Below, piece after piece: positions 60,390 through 64,000 of a stretch of 64,000 bases of DNA. The first letter of the stretch is position 1. The number at the start of each line of letters is the position of its first letter. Origin of the DNA: Dehalococcoidia bacterium (GTDB lineage: Bacteria; Chloroflexota; Dehalococcoidia; UBA6926). The stretch spans positions 160,001-224,000 of the forward strand of contig CAXXET010000004.1 in NCBI GenBank assembly GCA_963666115.2, written 5' to 3'. Below the pieces are notes generated by a model, which did no database searches, was not told the origin of the DNA, and was given only the letters and a program-made list of their open reading frames with translations. The translations under genes and the position numbers were made by a program.

Positions 60390-61412
60390 ATGCGCGTTAC
60401 AGTTTTAGGCGGCGCGGGGTTTGTGGGGCGGCATCTTGTGGCGACGCTCGTCGCGGCGGGGCATGGGCCGATTCGCGTCCTGTCCCGTTCGCCGGAGAGG
60501 GTTTTCTCTGATGCGCAGCGTTCGCTGGCGGTTGGCTTTGAAGCGGTGGAGACACTGGCAAGCATCCGCAAGCTGACTCGCGATGACGTTGTCGCTGCGC
60601 GGGATCGGGCGGACCGGGGCGAGGCCGTGCTGCGTGAGTCCGTCGAGGTCATCACTAGCGACGCGCGCGATTGGGGCGCAGTCCGGGAGGCTGTCTCCGA
60701 CGTGGACGCGGTCGTTCACGCGGTGGGCATCATCCGCGAGACGGAAGGGCGCTCCTTTGGGGACACGAACGTCGGCACAACACAATCCCTCATCGATGCG
60801 ATGAAGGACGTCGGGACGAAGCGGCTGGTCTACGTAGGCATCCTGGGCGCGTCGGACGATCCGGAGATGCCCTACGGGCGGTCGCGCTGGCAGGCGGAGG
60901 CGGTGGTGACGAGCAGCGGGTTGGAGTGGACTGTCGTCAAGCCGTCGCTGGTGCTCGGGGTGTCGGACGCCGTCTCCCGCCGCACGGTCAAGCTGCTGCG
61001 GACGGGGCCGGTGGCGGTGCTGCCGTTCCCGGACGGGGGGCGCGCGCTGCTGCAGCCGATGTACGTGAGCGATCTTGCGGCTGTCCTGACGCTGTGCGTG
61101 ACGGAGCCGGAGCGGGCGGGGCAGGTCTACGAGATCGGCGGGCCGGATCAGATTGCGCTGGTGGACATTGCGCGGGCGTTCGCGGCTGAATTGGACATCA
61201 AGCGGGTCTACAGCATGCCGGTGCCGCGGTTCGCCGCACGGTTGGGGGCGGCAGTGATGGGGCGCGCGCTAAAAGACCCGCCGATCACTGCGGCGGAATT
61301 GAGCCAACTGCGTGTGGACAACGTGACGGCGCTTCATTCCGTTGGGCGGGATTTCGGGTTCGCGCCGCGCCGGTTCAGCGACTACGTGTCCTACATTAGG
61401 GACGTGAGCTAG
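60390..61412 (+). CDS. NAD(P)-binding SDR protein (NDUFA9-like atypical epimerase)
   Basis: GGAGFVG, HAVGIIRE, Y..SRW.AE, QPMYV.D, YEIGGP. Confidence 0.85.
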   Translation: MRVTVLGGAGFVGRHLVATLVAAGHGPIRVLSRSPERVFSDAQRSLAVGFEAVETLASIRKLTRDDVVAARDRADRGEAVLRESVEVITSDARDWGAVREAVSDVDAVVHAVGIIRETEGRSFGDTNVGTTQSLIDAMKDVGTKRLVYVGILGASDDPEMPYGRSRWQAEAVVTSSGLEWTVVKPSLVLGVSDAVSRRTVKLLRTGPVAVLPFPDGGRALLQPMYVSDLAAVLTLCVTEPERAGQVYEIGGPDQIALVDIARAFAAELDIKRVYSMPVPRFAARLGAAVMGRALKDPPITAAELSQLRVDNVTALHSVGRDFGFAPRRFSDYVSYIRDVS

Positions 61413-61708
61413 TTGTCGCGGGTTTTGGCGAGTTGGGCGATGAACTGCTCAATGGGGAACGCGGGGAGGGAGACGATCTGGACCGTGCCGCGCGCCCCCA
61501 GCTCCAGTGAAACGCGGGCTATCGTCTCGTTGTCCGGCGCCTCAACGATGTTGACGAAATCGTAGTTGCCGAGCACGGCGTATTGGGCCGTGACCTTCGC
61601 GCCCCACGCCTCGATCTCCCGATTCACTTCCTGGATGCGCTCCGGGCGGTGCTTGACGGTCTTGCGTCCCTCATCCGTCAGCGTGCTGAGCAACACGTAC
61701 GTCCCCAT
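61409..61708 (-). CDS. GYD-domain protein
   Basis: T.EG.K, LGNYDFV.IVEAPD. Confidence 0.85.
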   Translation of the reverse strand: MGTYVLLSTLTDEGRKTVKHRPERIQEVNREIEAWGAKVTAQYAVLGNYDFVNIVEAPDNETIARVSLELGARGTVQIVSLPAFPIEQFIAQLAKTRDN

Positions 61709-61777
61709 CTAGTTGTCCTCCCTGCTGTGTCCTCGTAGGGGTCTCACGTCAAAGCGTAGGTATGGGGGCGGGTTGTG

Positions 61778-62467
61778 TCAACGTAAAGTCATCATTTCTT
61801 CCAGGAAGGAGGCGGTCGCTTCGGCGAGGGCGGGGCGGCTTGTCTGCCATGCGCGGTCCGCGCCCTCAAGCGCCATCGCGGTCACGTCGCCACGTCCCAT
61901 ACCATCGACCCAGCCGCCCAGGTTCTCCGGCGTTGTGAGGCTGTCATTGCCTCCTATCAGGAATCTCACGGGCACGCCTACTCCCGACAGCCCGTCCTCC
62001 GTCGGAATGCCGATCAGGGGAATATCCAGTATGGGCGATACCGCGACGACGGCCCTCAACCCTTTCGGCGCGCTCGCCGCGACGTGCACTGCGATGCTCG
62101 CGCCGAACGAATAACCGACGACGGCCATACGGCGGTCGTCAACTCCCGGCCATTCCCGCAGCATGTCAAAGGCCGCCAGTGCATCCGCCCTCTGCCCTTC
62201 TCCTACGGCGTTCTCGCCCTGGGATTCGCCAACGCCCCGGTAGTTGAATCGGAACGACACGAACCCGCGCGTCGTCACCTCGCGGGTCAACGACTCGATA
62301 ACCGGACTGAGCATCGTGCCGCCCAGGCGCGGCTCCGGCGAGCAAAACACGACGCCGGGCAGGCCGCCGCTGCCACCTTCGGGAATCTCGTCGCTGGTCG
62401 GCTCAGCGATGATGCCCTCCAGCGTCAGGTCATCCGTCGAGAAGAAATTGAGAGCCGTCTGCCGCAC
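61778..62467 (-). CDS. Alpha/beta hydrolase-fold protein
   Basis: GGTM, RFNYRGVGES.G, GYSFGA, G.ND. Confidence 0.85.
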   Translation of the reverse strand: MRQTALNFFSTDDLTLEGIIAEPTSDEIPEGGSGGLPGVVFCSPEPRLGGTMLSPVIESLTREVTTRGFVSFRFNYRGVGESQGENAVGEGQRADALAAFDMLREWPGVDDRRMAVVGYSFGASIAVHVAASAPKGLRAVVAVSPILDIPLIGIPTEDGLSGVGVPVRFLIGGNDSLTTPENLGGWVDGMGRGDVTAMALEGADRAWQTSRPALAEATASFLEEMMTLR

Positions 62468-62478
62468 GCCGGCGCGCC

Positions 62479-63234
62479 TCAGAGTCCGTAGGCGAGACGC
62501 TCGGCCAGGCTGGAAGGCAGGCCGGCGGCCCTGATGTGTTCCTGCGCCGATTCGACATCGTATTGGACGCGGAACTGCGTTAGTGTGCGCGCATCCGAAT
62601 CGAGGATTGCATACGCGGCGCGGGGGTCACTGTCACGGGGCTGTCCCACGCTGCCGGGGTTGATGATGAGGCGCACGTCATCGGGCAGGCGGATGAGGGA
62701 GCCGTGGTTGAGGCGTCCAACGGCGTGAACGCGGGGCGGGGCGTCCGAGGTGACGTGGATTTCCTCAAAGATGAGAGGCAAGTGCGAGTGCCCTACGAGC
62801 AGGAACTGCGTCTCCAGGAGGGCGAATGAGGCGCGCGCGGCCTCTTCATGAATGAGGTATTCCCAGACGGGATCACGGAGCGAGCCGTGTGCCAACGTGA
62901 ATTCGCCCTGGCTGACAACTCTCGGCAGGCCCTCGATGTACGCGCGATTGTCCGCCGTCAACTGTTCGCCGTTCCATTCGCAAGCGATTGCCGCGTCCTC
63001 GTTGAACATGCCGAGATAGATGTCGCCGATTGAGCCGAGGTCGTGATTGCCGGATACGCTCACGTGCTCGAAGCCGCGCAGGGTGTCCAGGCACTCATTG
63101 GGATGCGGGCCGTATCCGACGATATCCCCCAAAGACCAGATGTTGTCGACGGGCCCGCGCGCATTGGCGTCACGGAGGACGGCGTCAAACGCGACGATGT
63201 TCGAATGAATGTCCGAGATAATGAGAGTACGCAC
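62479..63234 (-). CDS. Calcineurin-like metallophosphoesterase
   Basis: SDIHSN, GDIVGYG, GNHD, HGS, GHSH, NPGSVGQPRD. Confidence 0.92.
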   Translation of the reverse strand: MRTLIISDIHSNIVAFDAVLRDANARGPVDNIWSLGDIVGYGPHPNECLDTLRGFEHVSVSGNHDLGSIGDIYLGMFNEDAAIACEWNGEQLTADNRAYIEGLPRVVSQGEFTLAHGSLRDPVWEYLIHEEAARASFALLETQFLLVGHSHLPLIFEEIHVTSDAPPRVHAVGRLNHGSLIRLPDDVRLIINPGSVGQPRDSDPRAAYAILDSDARTLTQFRVQYDVESAQEHIRAAGLPSSLAERLAYGL

Positions 63235-63262
63235 GGCGCTGTGTTCCCACTGGTGAGGGTGA

Positions 63263-64000
63263 CTATATTGCCGACTGCGGAACGTACGTGTTTTGGCCGG
63301 CGGTGAGGTCTGCGAGGAAGTTGTCGGCCCACGCCTTGGCGGTGTTTTTGCGGACGCCTTCGTACAGGTTCTGCCAGCGCAACTGCCGTTCGCGATGACT
63401 CATGCCGAGAGCGGTGTGCATGGCCTCCGCAGTGCCCTCGATGTCATAGGGATTGACGATCAGGGCTTCACGCATGGTTTCCGCCGCCCCGCAGAAACGG
63501 GACAGAACGAGGACTCCCGGGCTCGGCCCCTGCGACGCCACGAACTCCTTGGCAATGAGGTTCATGCCGTCGCGGAGGGGAGTCACGAGGCAGACGTCCG
63601 CCTCGCGGAAGAAGCGCGACAGTTCCTCCTGGCTGTAGGCGCGGTAGAGGTAGTGGACGGGCACCCAATCGGCCTCGGCAAACCGGCCGTTGATTCGACC
63701 GACGAGCCTGTCCACACGTTCGCGCTCCTCAACGTACTCCGGCACGCGGCTGCGGGAGGGCGCGGATATCTGGATCAACGTGACCTTGCCGCGGACAGCG
63801 GGATAGCGGTCCAACAGCGCTTCGAACGCCCTGAGCCGCTGGGGTATTCCCTTGGAGTAATCGAGCCTGTCCACGCCAAGAACGACTCTCTTGCGCTCGA
63901 CGGAGCGGCGCGGCAAGAGTCTCTGCAACAGGCCCCCGTCTTCCGTATCGTCCGCTTCAGCCGTCCACCGGCGGAACTGCTCAGGGTCGGTGCCGATGGG
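63263..64000 (-). CDS. otsA: Trehalose-6-phosphate synthase (5' part outside window)
   Basis: PIG.D, GVDRLDYSKGI, PSR, TPLRDGMNLIAKEFVA, LSRFCGAA, VNPYD; frame open to the window edge. Confidence 0.9.
   Translation of the reverse strand, partial: PIGTDPEQFRRWTAEADDTEDGGLLQRLLPRRSVERKRVVLGVDRLDYSKGIPQRLRAFEALLDRYPAVRGKVTLIQISAPSRSRVPEYVEERERVDRLVGRINGRFAEADWVPVHYLYRAYSQEELSRFFREADVCLVTPLRDGMNLIAKEFVASQGPSPGVLVLSRFCGAAETMREALIVNPYDIEGTAEAMHTALGMSHRERQLRWQNLYEGVRKNTAKAWADNFLADLTAGQNTYVPQSAI

Overview
High-GC bacterial chromosome segment. The gene set (nuoM, tatB/C/A, purC/purS, hisB/C, glmU/glmS, PHP and GYD proteins, tandem enoyl-CoA-hydratase paralogues, leaderless promoters) is compatible with Chloroflexota/Dehalococcoidia (SAR202-like); this taxonomic call is an inference. 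Housekeeping blocks and five tRNAs are interleaved with accessory DNA: a seven-member Yip1-like membrane-protein array with a repeated junction motif (3.5-9.7 kb), a Gabija-type defence pair beside tRNA-Glu (24.6-28.5 kb), a repeat-rich island with katG, a direct-repeat-flanked small GIY-YIG gene, a stand-alone TnpB and a toxin-antitoxin cluster (38-46.6 kb), and a DNA methyltransferase-Mrr fusion with a putative nuclease (50.5-53.6 kb). The strongest novel candidate is the TnpB, which is followed immediately by a CRISPR-like mini-array (three 36-bp repeats, 29- and 31-nt spacers, short anti-repeat) with no tnpA or cas genes nearby. Other patterns: several families of REP-like palindromes with stuttered heads and local strand skew, and four toxin genes reduced to short stubs. 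Single-base insertions in homopolymers (17.0-18.6 kb, 52.4-53.2 kb, 6.3 kb) look like long-read errors.
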